This document shows positions 1-13,146 of a stretch of 64,000 bases of DNA, piece by piece. Numbering within the stretch: position 1 is the first letter of the stretch; each line of letters starts with the position of its first letter. The position numbers were made by a program, and so were the translations under genes. Location of the stretch: contig JBBPEB010000025.1 in NCBI GenBank assembly GCA_039096225.1, forward strand, positions 682,001 to 746,000, in the 5' to 3' direction. The notes below the pieces were generated by a model. It worked only from the letters and a program-made list of their open reading frames with translations. It was not told the origin of the DNA and did not search any database. Source of the stretch: Blastocystis sp. Blastoise. Its lineage: Eukaryota; Protista; Bigyra: Opalinata.

Positions 1-378
1 TATATAAAACAATATATAAATAATAAATAAACAACTATAGATTTGTGTTGTGATAATGATTAAAATGAATAATAACAGATATAATACAAAGAGTAATAAC
101 AGTATATATACCCATAAGTAGCTCCTTTGGCAGGTTCCCATTGGTTAAATCCAAACGGTTTGAGATCTGTGATAATATCTTCAAATATATGGAGAGGAAA
201 GGAGGGAGATGAAGGAGCAGAAACATAGAGATCGCTTAATTCCCAATTACCCTATAGACAACGTATAATCAATATAATCAATAAATATAATAAATATAAT
301 AATTGTTAATAAATAAATATCAGTAATGAATATTATATATAAAATAGAATTAATATTTTTAATATTAAAAAAAAAACA

Positions 379-417
<39 letters not shown>

Positions 418-865
418 AAAAATAAATAATAATAATGACAAACATACATATTCTAAACATATTATGAAATAAATATAAATAAATAAATAAATAAATAAAA
501 TAAATAAATATATATACTTTATAGATGACATCATAATGAGCTTGTTGAAGATAGTGTCCTATCGTAGGACACTCATTCACTTTTAAATATGTATGATTAC
601 AATAAGTGACATTTTTAACACCCCAATTTGTTTGTGTTACACCATGTACACTTGGCATCTGACCTGTAAATAACGTCGCACGTGCAGGATGTATACCGTA
701 AGCAGCGGTATAATGATGAGGAAATCGTAAACTATGGCGGGAAAACCAGGATAAGAAAGGGAGGGAAAATGAGCGGGAAGAAATACGTCTATATATAAAT
801 ATATAAATAATAAAGGGTGGCATAAATATATAAACATATAAATAAAAAAATTATATAATACATAA

Positions 866-944
<79 letters not shown>

Positions 945-2302
945 ATATAAACATATATATTATCTACATATATAATATATTCTATATATAAAAAAGTATA
1001 CACTTCTTTCTTTCCTTGTTTATTTCGTAAAGTATCTGTTTCCCGTGGGAATTCCTTTCCTTGTATACGTCGACGTAGAGTAGAGGCTGTAAGCGATGAT
1101 TCTGAAGATGTAGATTCACGGGGATCTGATGATTTAGTATCAAGTAATATAGATGAAGAAGTTATATTCTTATTTATAGAATTATTTTTATTTTTCTTGG
1201 ATAATCTACGAGTAACATGGTTCTTTTTTATTTTATTTGATTTTGAAGTGATATATTTTTTATTATTATTATCATTATCTTCTTCTTCTTCTTCATCATC
1301 ATCTTCTTCTTCACTGAAATTATCTTCTGTTTTATGATTATTATCTGATTTCTATATATATTTGAATTATATATATTATAAGTAATAAATATATATATAT
1401 ATAATAATATGAATAATAATAATAAACAAAAAATAAATAATAATAAATAATAATAATAATAAATAATAATAATAAATAATAAAAATAAATAATAAAAAAA
1501 TAATAATAATATACTTGAGAATAATGATATTTCATATGCATCTTATTTTTATTAAGTATATTATTATTTTCAAGATTATTATCAATAGGAGTTAATGATG
1601 ATAAAACAGGAAAATCATCATTATTATCGGATCGACTTATTATATCTTCAATTAATTTAGCATTTAAACCACTTACTGTAATAAATAATATATTCGGATG
1701 AATATCATCTATGCCAAGAGTATCATCGTTAGTATTAATTTGTTTTAAAAACACATTTAATTGTTGTAATAAAGTAGAAATATATAAACATGCTGTTTCT
1801 AATCCTAATTGTTGAAGGGCTTTACGATTCTTAGAATAAAAGGCGAAATATTCATTCTAATCATATTATAAATTTAAGTATAAAATTAAAAATATAAATA
1901 AATAATAGAAAATACCTTTAATGAAGTAAATGATGAAAAAAGTTGAGCATAAAACGTTTGTTTTGGTTTTTGTTTTTTTGTTTTTAAATATTTTTTAAAT
2001 GATTTTACAAGATCTTCAAGTTTCGTTTGGAAAGATTCAATCGTAGTATTATATTCATTAATGTCGTACTTTTTGGTATCTTCTTCAACAGATTTATCAT
2101 TTTCTTCTTGTTCTTTAGCGACTTCTACTTCTTCCTTTTGTGTTCTACAAGAAAATATATAAAAATAAAAATAAATAATAATATACTCGGATGTCTTTGG
2201 ACTTAACGGTGATAAAGATTTGATATACTCATCGATCTTGTCTTTTAAATGAAGGAACTCACCTTTAATTGAATGAAGTGTATCACTAATTGATGAATCC
2301 AT
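1..2302 (-). CDS. Sulfatase-fold protein with degenerate active site and N-terminal coiled extension (multi-exon, 3' end off-window)
   Basis: Spliced exons give HPNILFITVSG, then FPHHYTAAYGIHPARATLFTGQMPSVHGVTQT..PTIGHYLQQAHYDVIYK|GNWELSD..DLKPFGFNQW. These are the sulfatase motifs in order. GT-AG introns keep frame. Confidence 0.75.
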
Positions 2303-2683
2303 TAAGTAAATATTTGAATTTTCAATTTTTTTAAAGATTTTAACGTGTTTAATAATGAATAATCAACTTGAGATGATGAAAATATTCTTCTAAATAGAAT
2401 ATGTGTATAAAAAAAATAATAATCGAAAATCATGGGAAATTTCTATTGAATGAGTCATAAAAAAAGAGTTGTTTCATTAGTTTTCTTTTTTTATAAAAGA
2501 AATGAATTCAATAAAACTAATACTAACAAAACAAAGAATAGTTAAAAAAAACAATTATTATTTAACGATATATCTTGTATATAAATATACTGATATAAGT
2601 TAATTAGAAAAGCAAAATTTAGAAGAAGAACAAAACTTTTTAAAAAAATAAAAGAGTTTATAGAAATAAGCTAATTAATTTGT

Positions 2684-4467
2684 TTAATAGAATTTAAGAA
2701 GAAGTTCAGATTCAGAAACAGCAATACCAACTTGATTGTGAAGAGATAAAAGATAATTACCGTTAGAGACATAGAAAGCACCGAATTCTCTATGAGCGAA
2801 ACCAGCAGGTCTGCCTCTTAAGAGTTCACCATTTTCATTGGTATAATACATATAACCAGGAGTAAGTTTTTGATTAGAAACACCTACAGTACCAGCAAAT
2901 TGAACAAGAGATTTACCAAAGAGAGATTTGGTAACAACACCAACGGGTCTAGGACCATAAGAACCAATATGCATAGTAGAATAAGAGCCTTGATTGTTAA
3001 CTTGACTTTCAACAATAACAAATCTCCAAGGAGCAGTCATACAAGTATCAAAATACCAATCAGAGACAGTAGTACCACGTTGAGGTCTAGTAATAATGAA
3101 TTCAGGACCAGTCTTAACAAGATCTCCAGCACTAGTTAATTCAACCATACCCATAGCAAGAGAACCATGAGCAGAAGCATCAGAATAAGTAAGAGCAAGT
3201 CTATCCATAGCTAAGAGAGAAAGAACAAGTTTAGAGTTATTAATAACAGCACCACTACTCTTATAAGTAAGAGAAGAACCCCAATAGAGAGAGTTACTGC
3301 TTTGATCATAATGTAATAAGATCATTTCAATACCATTATTATTGAAAGAGTTAGTATAAGCAATGAAAATATTACGTTCATCGAAATTATCCATATCAAA
3401 ATAATTCATAGACATAGAGAAAGGAAGAACAGTCCAGTTAGCAACAACAAGATTCTTAGAGTTATCAAGAGTAACAAGAGCAACACGAAGATTTCTTTCG
3501 GGTCTACCAGAAGAAGAAGAATTGAATTCTTCACCAGTAGCAGCAACGATGTAATTCTTAGAACTTAAACCAGCAATACCATGATAACCATATTTATAAG
3601 AGAAAGAAACAGGAGTGTTCATACTCATCTTAAGATTACCTTGAGCATCCTTAGCAGTTTCAGCAATGAAAGTATAAAGTTGATTATCAGCACCTTCATA
3701 AGAAACACAAACAGTCTTTTCATCCATATAATCTATCTTAGGATAAGAAGCACCAGTAGGAAGAGCAGTAGTAGAACCAAGAGTACAAGTAATAGAAATA
3801 TCATGAGGACCATTGAATTTGAAGTCAACAGTAAAAGGTAATAAGACATTAGAACCAAGAAGAACAAAAGTAGTATTACTCATACGAATAAAGTTATCAA
3901 TAACCATATCAGCACCATTAATTTGAGGAAGTTGTTGCTATAATATTATATTCATAGTTTTAAAATATTTAAGGAATATTTAATATATATAATAAATGAT
4001 AAATAATAAAATATTAAATAATAATAAAATATTAAATGATTAAAAAAATATACTTCAAGACCAGACATAGCAATACTACTAGGATCAATTTCAAAGAAAC
4101 GAAGAAGACCATTAGAAGCAGTGACAATAAGCCAATCGTTTACGTTCCAAACCTTGACGTTCTTAAGAGCTTTCTTATTGAAAGTTTCAGTTTCGTTACG
4201 ATTAATACTAACACCAGCACCTTCCATAACATTACCAGAGGGACTGATAGAGACAACTTTACCAGCATCAACAGGCATAAAATCAGCCCAATTAGGGAAT
4301 TCATAAGCAAAAAGAGAGGATTCTAAGTAAGATTTGTTACCAAGAGATAAGCCAATGATAGACATGACTAAGGAAGCAATAGCAATACCAAAAGTCACGA
4401 ATCTGAACCATTTAAAAGCTACGTGTTCCTTCTTACCACCTAAAGTTTGTCCAAGAAGAGATTCCAT
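2684..4467 (-). CDS. Type II single-pass membrane glycoprotein (~555 aa), beta-rich ectodomain, unknown function
   Basis: Two exons (4467-4054, 3937-2684) with GT-AG intron 3938-4053. TM segment FVTFGIAIASLVMSIIGLSLG. Several NxS/T sites. Biased codon use (ggt, ttc, aag). Confidence 0.8.
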
Positions 4468-5428
4468 TTTGAAATAGGTTGATTTTTAACCCAAATACAA
4501 ATAAAAAAATATGAAAAGAATTGAGATATTATACTCCAACCTAAGGGGTAAACAAGAAAACAAAACAAGAATACAATTAGATTGGCTGTCATGAAAGTGT
4601 TATCCAATAAGAATGAGTGTTTGTGTTGTTGTCCAATAGTTTGATGCTCTATAACATCAAATGAAAATTCTGGTGTTTTGTTTTCATCTTTAAAAAATAG
4701 GGAATAAGCTAAAAACATGGGAAATCCACTTTTCGATTATTTATGGAAAATTTCCGTTTATGAGGGTATACAAGATTCTTATTCCTAATTTATCTAAAAT
4801 AGAAAAGAACAAACACAAAGGTCATTTTTGATTGGTCAATATCCTTCATTCAATCTGAGAAGATATGCATGTCTTTTCCCTGAAATGTTTATTAATAAAA
4901 ATTTATTAACAGAAAACGAAGTTAACGAAAGGTGGAAAATTTTTGCCTTCGATTGTATTCTTTCTTTGTGTTTATTGTTTTTCGGTTTTAAAATGACTTA
5001 TCAATATTATTTATTGTTTCAGATATTAGTTATGATACATTGATTCATCATGATATATTAATTTACACTAGTTTTCGTCATTTATATTTGATTTTATTCG
5101 TATTATTTCAGAAAATGTTCATTATTTTTCATATTAGTATAGATCAGAGTATTTTTAAAACAAAAGAATTGTGACTTGTTATATATAAAGATACATATAT
5201 ACTATATTTAAAAAAGAAAATAAAATTAATAAATATTTAAAAGTCAATAAATGAAATCGACAAAAAAAAAAAAGAAGCTCAACAAAAAGAAATAGTTAAA
5301 TATAAATTAAATAAAATAGTTATCATTTATTTGAAAGTATAATACAATATATAGAAATATAAACACCAATGAATAATCTAAAGATTATTGTTATTATTTT
5401 TATATATATCTTTATTGGTATGTAGATT

Positions 5429-8400
5429 TTAATATCCAAGATTAGGTTTACTGTTTAATCTTGGGAAAGATCTAGTTTTATGGAAACTCTTATCGACGAC
5501 TTGTTCCTTTACAGGAGAAATCTTCCAAACTTTATCACAATATTCCATCATAGTTCTATCTGTAGAGAAGATACCCATACCAGCAACAGATTGAATACAC
5601 TTTTGATTCCAAAGTTTAGAATCTTTCCATGTTTCATCAGCAAGATTTTGAGCACGACAATCTAATCATATATAAAAATTATAGAATTAAAATTTGAATT
5701 AAAAAAAAATAAATAAATAAATATTATAAAAATAGATAATAAAGATAATAATAATAAAATACAATCAGCAAAATCATAAGTAACAAGATAATTATCTCCT
5801 TTAAGAAGTGGATCAATAATCTTATGAGCTTCCTCAACAGAGACGAAGTAGCCAGACGTCATAATATCAAATACTTCTTGTAATTCTTTATTAACACAAG
5901 GGGTATACATTAATTGTCTACGAATACCAGGAACTTGTTCAGTTTCAGCACCAAAAATAAACATATTTTCTGTTCCAATTTGTGCTTCAATTTCAATATT
6001 AGCACCATCTCTTGTACCAATAATAAGTGAACCATTCATAGCGAATTTCATATTACTATAGAAAAAATAATAAATATAAAATATATATAATAAATAGAAT
6101 AAATATAATAATAAACACATAATAAACATTTAAGAAATATATTAATAATATAATAAATATAATAATAAACACATAATAAATATAATAATATATATACCTA
6201 GTACCAGAGGCTTCCATACCAGCAGTAGATATTTGATGACATAAATCAGCAGCAGGAATAATAATTTCCGCAAGAGAAACATTATAATTAGGAATAAAAA
6301 CAACTTTGAATTTCCCTTGAATAGAAGCATCATTATTGACTTTATCAGCAACACAATTAATTAGATGAATAATATATTTAGCCATAGTATAAGCAGGAGC
6401 AGCTTTGCCTCCAAAAATAGAAACACGAGGAACGACAGAAGAAAGTTCACTTGGAGACATTTTCTTTAATGTTAAATAACGATGAATACAATATAAGATA
6501 TTTAATAATTGTCGTTTATATTCATGAATTCTCTTAACATGGATATCAAATAAAGAAGAAGGGTCGACTACTATTCCTAAATGTTTAGATAAATAATCAG
6601 ATAAACGGACCTATATATATATATATATATAGAATATAATTATAGTTGTAATAAAAAGAAATAGTGGAGATATATAAGATAAAGAAATGTAATAATACAT
6701 AGATATAATAAATAGATAATAAATACCTTGCATTGATATTTAACTTGTTTAAATTGATCAATAAAATCATCATCATTTACATAGCTTCTTAATTCTGATA
6801 ATAAATTAAGATTTGTAGTCCATTCAGGATCAATTGTTCGATTTAATAATTCAGCCAAATAAGGATTACATAAGATCATCCATCTATAGTTATATATATG
6901 ATTATATATGATTATAGGTAAATATATATATATATATATACCTTCTAGGAGTAACACCATTAGTAATATTAACAAATTTATCAGGCCATAAATGATAGAA
7001 ATCAGGGAAAACATCTTTCTTTAATAATTCAGTATGAAGTTCAGCAACACCATTTACATGATGAGAACCAATAACAGCAAGATTAGCCATACGAACCTAT
7101 ATAGTATTATCATTATTTAATAGAATAATAATACTAATATAATAATAAATAATAACAATAAATAAAATAAAAAATAAAAAAATATAATATAATAATAAAT
7201 ATATACTTGTTTAGGATTGGATTCTTCGACAATAGATAATTTAGATTTAATAGATCCATTACCAGGGTATTTCTGATCTAATTCCATCATAAATCTCCAA
7301 TTAATATCATAAATAATTTGTAAATGTCTAGGTAATAATCCTCCTAACATATCTACACTCCATTTCTCAAGTGCTTCAGGAAGAATAGTATGATTTGTAT
7401 AGGAAATACATTTAGTGACAATACTCCAAGCATTATCTGGACTTAAATCTTCAATATCAATTAATAAACGCATTAATTCAGGAATAGCAATTGAAGGGTG
7501 AGTATCATTTAATTGGAAACAATTTTTATTAGGGAATTCAGACCAAGGTAAATTCATCTTTTTGAATTTGGCAATAACATCTTGTAGAGTAGCAGAAACG
7601 AAGAAATATTGTTGTTTTAATCGAAGCTCACGACCTATAATAAGAGGTTAAAATTATAAACAATAAATAAATGAATAAAAAAAAATTACATAAAAATGTT
7701 ATAAAATATTTCCAATAATAAAACATTAAAATAGAATAAAGAAATATAATAACAATAATAATGTATATAGCAAGATATACCTTGATAAGTACTATCATCA
7801 GGATAAAGAACAGAAGTGATAGTACATGCCTTTTGTCGGTCTGCTAATGCCTTTACATAATCACCTTCATTAAAACTATTCAAATCAAACTCCTATATAT
7901 AGATATATATAATAAAACAGATAGAGAGAAAAATGAGCCAAATAAATAAAATAAATAAATAAACAAATAAATATTCTATAATTCGTTCCTATATACCTTA
8001 GAGGGCATGGCTCGCCATAAACGTAAGTTAAGTGTATGATGAGTTTTATATCCAGGAATAGGATTATCATAAGCACATGCTTCTATTACTTCTGTAGGCT
8101 CCCAAATATGCTATATATATATATATATATATATTTGGAAATAATAATCAAATAATAAAAATATTAAAATAAAAGAATTTCTGTAAAAAAATACAAAAAA
8201 AAAAAAATAAAAAAAATACAAACAAAAAAAAAAATAAAAAAAAATAATAAAAAGAAAAAAACATATAAGAAAGAAAACCTATAGTATACTTTTTCCTTGC
8301 CATCTACAACAGTAGTTTTAACAGAGCCATAGAAGCCAACATTATACACAATATCTGGACGTTCAATTTCCCACGGGTTACCGAAGTTCAGCCAATAATC

Positions 8401-9616
8401 GGGATGTTCTACCTAGAACATAATAGTAATATATATACATAATAATAATAATAAATATATTAACAAATATAAATAATAATGATAATGAATATATTAACAA
8501 ATATAAATAATAATAATAATAAATATATTAACAAATATAAATAATAATAATAATGAATATATTAACAAATATAAATAATAATGATAATGAATATATTAAC
8601 AAATATAAATAATAATGCTAATGAATATATTAACAAATATAAATAATAATAATAAATATATTAACAAATATAAATAATAATGATAATAAATATATTAACA
8701 AATATAAATAATAATAATAATAAATATATTAACAAATATAAATAATAATAATAATAAATATATTAACAAATATAAATAATAATAATAATTAATATATTAA
8801 CAAATATAATATATATATACTTGCCATCCATTCTTAATATGTTGTTCAAAAATACCATAATTATAACGTATACCATACCCCCAAGCAGGAAGACCTAATG
8901 TAGACATAGAATCCAAGAAGCATGCAGCGAGACGACCCAAACCTTTATATATATATATAATATATATAGATAAATAACTAATAATAATAATAATAAATAG
9001 ATTCATAATTATAACAACTAATAATATATATATATATATATACCACCATTACCAAGAGCAGCATCCTTTTCCTATACAATAATAATAATAAATATATAAT
9101 AAATATATAATATAAATAATAATAATAATATACTTCACTATAAAGTTCTTCAAGACCATATCCCAATTCTTTCAAAGCCTATATATTAAAAATATTATAT
9201 ATGCATTCATTTATATAAAAAAGCAATTAACATACAACTTTATAATCATCTTCAATATCTAAATTAATTAAAGCATTTTGTAAAGTTCTGCCCATCAAGA
9301 ATTCAAGTGAAAGATAATGTAATCTTTTGCATCCACTTTCTTCAATCAAAGTCTCAGTATCATTAAAATATTCAATTAAATGATCTCTTACACTGTGACT
9401 CGTAGCAAGAAAAGCCTTAGAAACATCAAAATCAAAACGAGTTGAAGCTAATGTATATTCAACATGGTTAACAATACTTCTCTCAATTGTATCCTTATCT
9501 ATAGTATATAAGACATATTAGCAAGGACATAGAATTGAAAAAAATAAAAAAAACTTACCATGACCAAGATACGTTCCCATTAAGTCATATAATAATTGAT
9601 GTGTTTGCTCTTCCAT
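5429..9616 (-). CDS. glgP: Glycogen/alpha-glucan phosphorylase (GT35)
   Basis: Spliced motifs [72 protein letters not shown] and PLP-site [14 protein letters not shown]. Ends ..[14 protein letters not shown]. Confidence 0.97.
8441..8810. repeat. Intronic minisatellite, ~31-34 bp unit (AAT)nAAATATATTAACAAATATAA, ~11 copies
   Basis: Direct tandem copies visible within a phosphorylase intron. Confidence 0.9.
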
Positions 9617-10328
9617 ATTAATCTATATGTATAAATAAGTTATTCTAATCAATCATACAAAACAGATTAAATAATCTAAAGAAAATCCTAGAAAAAAGAA
9701 TATCTTATAATATAAGCAAACTTCGTTCTAAGGATTCGTCATACAAAAATAATCGTTCGTTTTGACACATCAAATCTCTTTCATTGTCATTCTACGGAAT
9801 TTTCTGGAAAATGATCTCCGCTCTTATTGGCAGTTTTGCTTTCTCTTTCTCTTTCGATTGGTTTAAGAATACGTTCATCCAGTCATTTGCTGCCATGAGG
9901 CGTGTCATCATTATACAAAGCATTTTTAAGAAAAAGTTTGGAAATTAAAGATGAATCATAAGATTCATTGCTTTGTTAAGAAAGAATTAACCAGACATGT
10001 CAAATTTTGTATAAAAATATATATTTGATGCATGATATTTTTCACTTATCATCAAGTAGTTGTTATGAATATATACTCCATTTTATTGTAGATCAATTTG
10101 AGTTGAATATCACAAAATTTTTAGATTAACATAAATTAAAATATACAGAAACGACTTGAGTAAAACGATAAAACCAAATATAATCAATAAAACATATAAA
10201 TTTGAACAAACTTTACAAAAAAAGAAAACAAACAGATACATATTTAATAGATAAGAACGATAAAAGTGTCTGGACTAATTAATTGCTTTAAAAAAAGTAA
10301 TTATCTAGATTGATTATGAGCAAATCCA

Positions 10329-11751
10329 TTAATGTTTCTTAGAGAACTTCTTACCTTTTTTATGAAAAACTTTTTTACCTGGTTTATTTGCATTTTGAGT
10401 AGCAACTTTATGTGCTCTTTCTTGTACTTGTGTATCACTCATAAGTTCTTGTAAAATAGTACTCTTTCTTTCCTTCTTTGTCATACGTTCTGTCTTATTA
10501 TCCATTCTACCTGCAATCACAGTACCCATCTATATATATATATAGAAAATATTATTTGTAGAAAAAAAAAATATTATTAAAAAAAACAAAAATTATAATT
10601 AGTCTATGTATATAATAATAGATAATATAGTTAATGAGTATAGTCTTGTCATATATATTATAAATACTTCGAATTTCTTAGGTAATTTCTTTAGACGTTT
10701 TTCACCCTATATATAATAATTATAGAATAAAAAATGGATGATTTTATAAATATATAAATAAAAAACGTATCTATAATATATGATTATATACTATAAATAT
10801 ATATATATATATATAATTTATAAAAAAATAAATAAATATATATATATATAAATATATATTTAAAAATAAATTTATATATACTTTGAAGAAAGACTTAGGA
10901 TCAATAAACCCTCTCATTGTCATAATTTTAAGATCATTTTTCAATTCAGGAGTTAATTCTGGAGTTATAATTTCACCATATTTAGGAGCTTTCTATTATA
11001 ATAAGAAGAATATAATAAATATAAACATAATATACAATAAATATAATAAAAATAATATAAATATAATAAAAATAATAAAACAAATTATAAATATAATAAA
11101 TATAATAAAAAAAATTATAAATATAATAAAAATAATAAAAAAAAATAAATATAATAAAAAAAATTATAAATATAATAAAAAAAATAAAAAAAAAAAATAA
11201 ATATAATAAAAATAATAATAAAAGCACCCTATACTATAATATTATTTCTATAATACAAGAGTAAATCAATACAAACATATTCGTGTATTGAGTACTAAAT
11301 AATAACAACAATATAAATACCTTAGGTTTCAATTCTTTCTTCTATATATAAAAATAAAATATGTTAAATTTTTAACAAATAAAATAAACATACAGTACTC
11401 TGAAGCTTTTGTATAATATCTTGATAGGTCTCTTCATCCATGTCTTCTTCTTCCTATATTATAAACAAAATAAGAGAATAATAACTCTAATAATATAATT
11501 AATATCTTAAAAGTATATCCTATCATAATCATAAGCATTATACATACAGTAGTTGGCTTCAATGTAACTATTTTCGTGTCTTTCTCTTTCGTGAAATAGG
11601 GTTGATCAATAATTGTACTTTTTGATTGTTGACCTTCTCTATTAATCACATCATCTTCATTCATATCCTCCATTTCACATAATGGATCATCATTTTCAGT
11701 GGAAATCATTTTCAACATCTCATCTCTTATTTTTTGTTGTTTATCATTCAT
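10329..11751 (-). CDS. FCF2: Fcf2/DNTTIP2 pre-rRNA processing protein
   Basis: Spliced PELTPELKNDLKIMTMRGFIDPKSFFK|GEKRLKKLPKKFE|MGTVIAG..RMTKKERKSTILQELM matches the Fcf2 domain. Confidence 0.88.
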
Positions 11752-11879
11752 CCTCTTGTTCTTCTTAATTAATAAGTTTGTAAGAATTGATCAAATAAGT
11801 ATTCAATACAAAGAAAACAACTCTTATAATGGAATCACTAATAACCATGAAAAGAACCGACTGTTCTCAGGGATAATTT

Positions 11880-11998
11880 ATGCTCAGCATAGTATGACGA
11901 AAAAATTCATGCTCAGCATAGTATGGCCAATAGGCTACCCGCCTATTGGCCTGGTCTACTATGCATACTCTAAAGAAAACACCTTCTACTATGCTGAG
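11880..11998. promoter_or_regulatory. Symmetric element in FCF2/TBCA divergent intergenic region (paired CCAAT palindrome flanked by inverted repeat copies)
   Basis: GGCCAATAGGC-taccc-GCCTATTGGCC at 11925-11951. ATGCTCAGCATAGTATG occurs twice (11880, 11909). Inverted TACTATGC(TGAG) occurs twice (11957, 11987). Confidence 0.6.
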
Positions 11999-12188
11999 TG
12001 TGAATTACGCCACTGTTCTCAGCGACATTCTATGGAAGAAAAAAACTCTCTTGTTATGGAAACTGTTTCTTTTTTGCGAGAATAAAAACAGAACAAATGT
12101 ATTTTTTATTTATACGAAGATTCATCTCATTATTACTTAAGAAACGTAAATATCTGATAAAACTACTTGAATTAAGATCATCTATAGT

Positions 12189-12521
12189 ATGCCTTCAAAA
12201 GAAACTGATATTGAAAAGAAATTAAGAATCCAAATGGGAACTTATCAACGATTAATCAAAGAAGTAGCTGCTTATGAGAAAGAAGAGACAATGGAAGAAC
12301 AAACCTTAGAAACTATGAAAGCAAATCATGACGACCCTTTTATGATTAAACAACAAGAACAAGTCGTAAAAGAAACAAAAATGATGATTCCAGACACAAA
12401 AACTCGTCTTCAAACTGCTTTTGACAATCTAAAGAATCTCGTTGATATGCTTGAAGCTAAGGGAGGAATGGAAGAAAACGTAAAATTTACTGAAGCAAAA
12501 AATTTAATAAATTCTGTTTAA
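12189..12521 (+). CDS. TBCA: Tubulin-specific chaperone A
   Basis: Single exon, 110 aa. KLRIQMGTYQRLIKEVAAYEKE..IKQQEQVVKETKMMIPDTKTRL is the TBCA pattern. Confidence 0.95.
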   Translation: MPSKETDIEKKLRIQMGTYQRLIKEVAAYEKEETMEEQTLETMKANHDDPFMIKQQEQVVKETKMMIPDTKTRLQTAFDNLKNLVDMLEAKGGMEENVKFTEAKNLINSV

Positions 12522-12759
12522 AGAATTGAATATAGTTATATGTTTTAAAATATTAATAAATTCTTTTTTTTTTTGTTTTTTTTTTAATTATATGGTTCAA
12601 TTAGTTTTAAGAATGTTATTAATCAAACAAAACAAAATAATTCGTCAAGAAAACAGAAAGAATATGATGAGAAAAAATATATATTGTATGTTATTCATAT
12701 AGTTTTACTATTTACAAGATTTAGAAAGGATAAATTTCGTGTGATACACTTATTTTCTC

Positions 12760-13146
12760 TTACTTTGCTATGAAGAACATTATAATCAAGACAACAGCAA
12801 TAAGAGACCAAATAATCATTCCTAATATATTCGTAAATGAGAAATACCAATGTTTTGTCTTATGTCTATAGAAAAATAAAACAAAAACATGTTGTAATAT
12901 ACCTATATTTTTGCATAGCATAATAAGCACCAAAAGCACCACCTAAACAACATTTAATAAGCTAATAAAAAAAAATTGTATTCAAATACCTAAAATGCCT
13001 TCTAACAATAATTCCTTTTCAGGAACTCTCCAATCTCCTTTTTGAGCATATTCCTTATCTGCCTTATATCTATTAGCAGCTATAATACCTAAAACAAGGC
13101 ACCATACAATCACAACTGCCAAGATATATAAATAAAGAAAGTTCAT
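12760..13146 (-). CDS. DUF1294 (YsdA-like) small membrane protein
   Basis: Three exons (introns 12943-12989, 12866-12902) give MNFLYLY..YKADKEYAQKGDWRVPEKELLLEGILGGAFGAYYAMQKYRHKTKHWYF.., the DK..A...WR.PE..L...GG..GA..AM...RHKT signature. Confidence 0.88.

Noticed and set aside
8441-8810. CRISPR-like repeat/spacer array
   Set aside because: The 'spacers' are only (AAT)n length variants in a eukaryotic intron, and there are no cas genes.
11699-12140. 128-aa and 64-aa plus-strand ORFs upstream of TBCA
   Set aside because: Non-ATG starts, no recognisable motif, overlap with the FCF2 start, and they span the repeat-rich promoter element.
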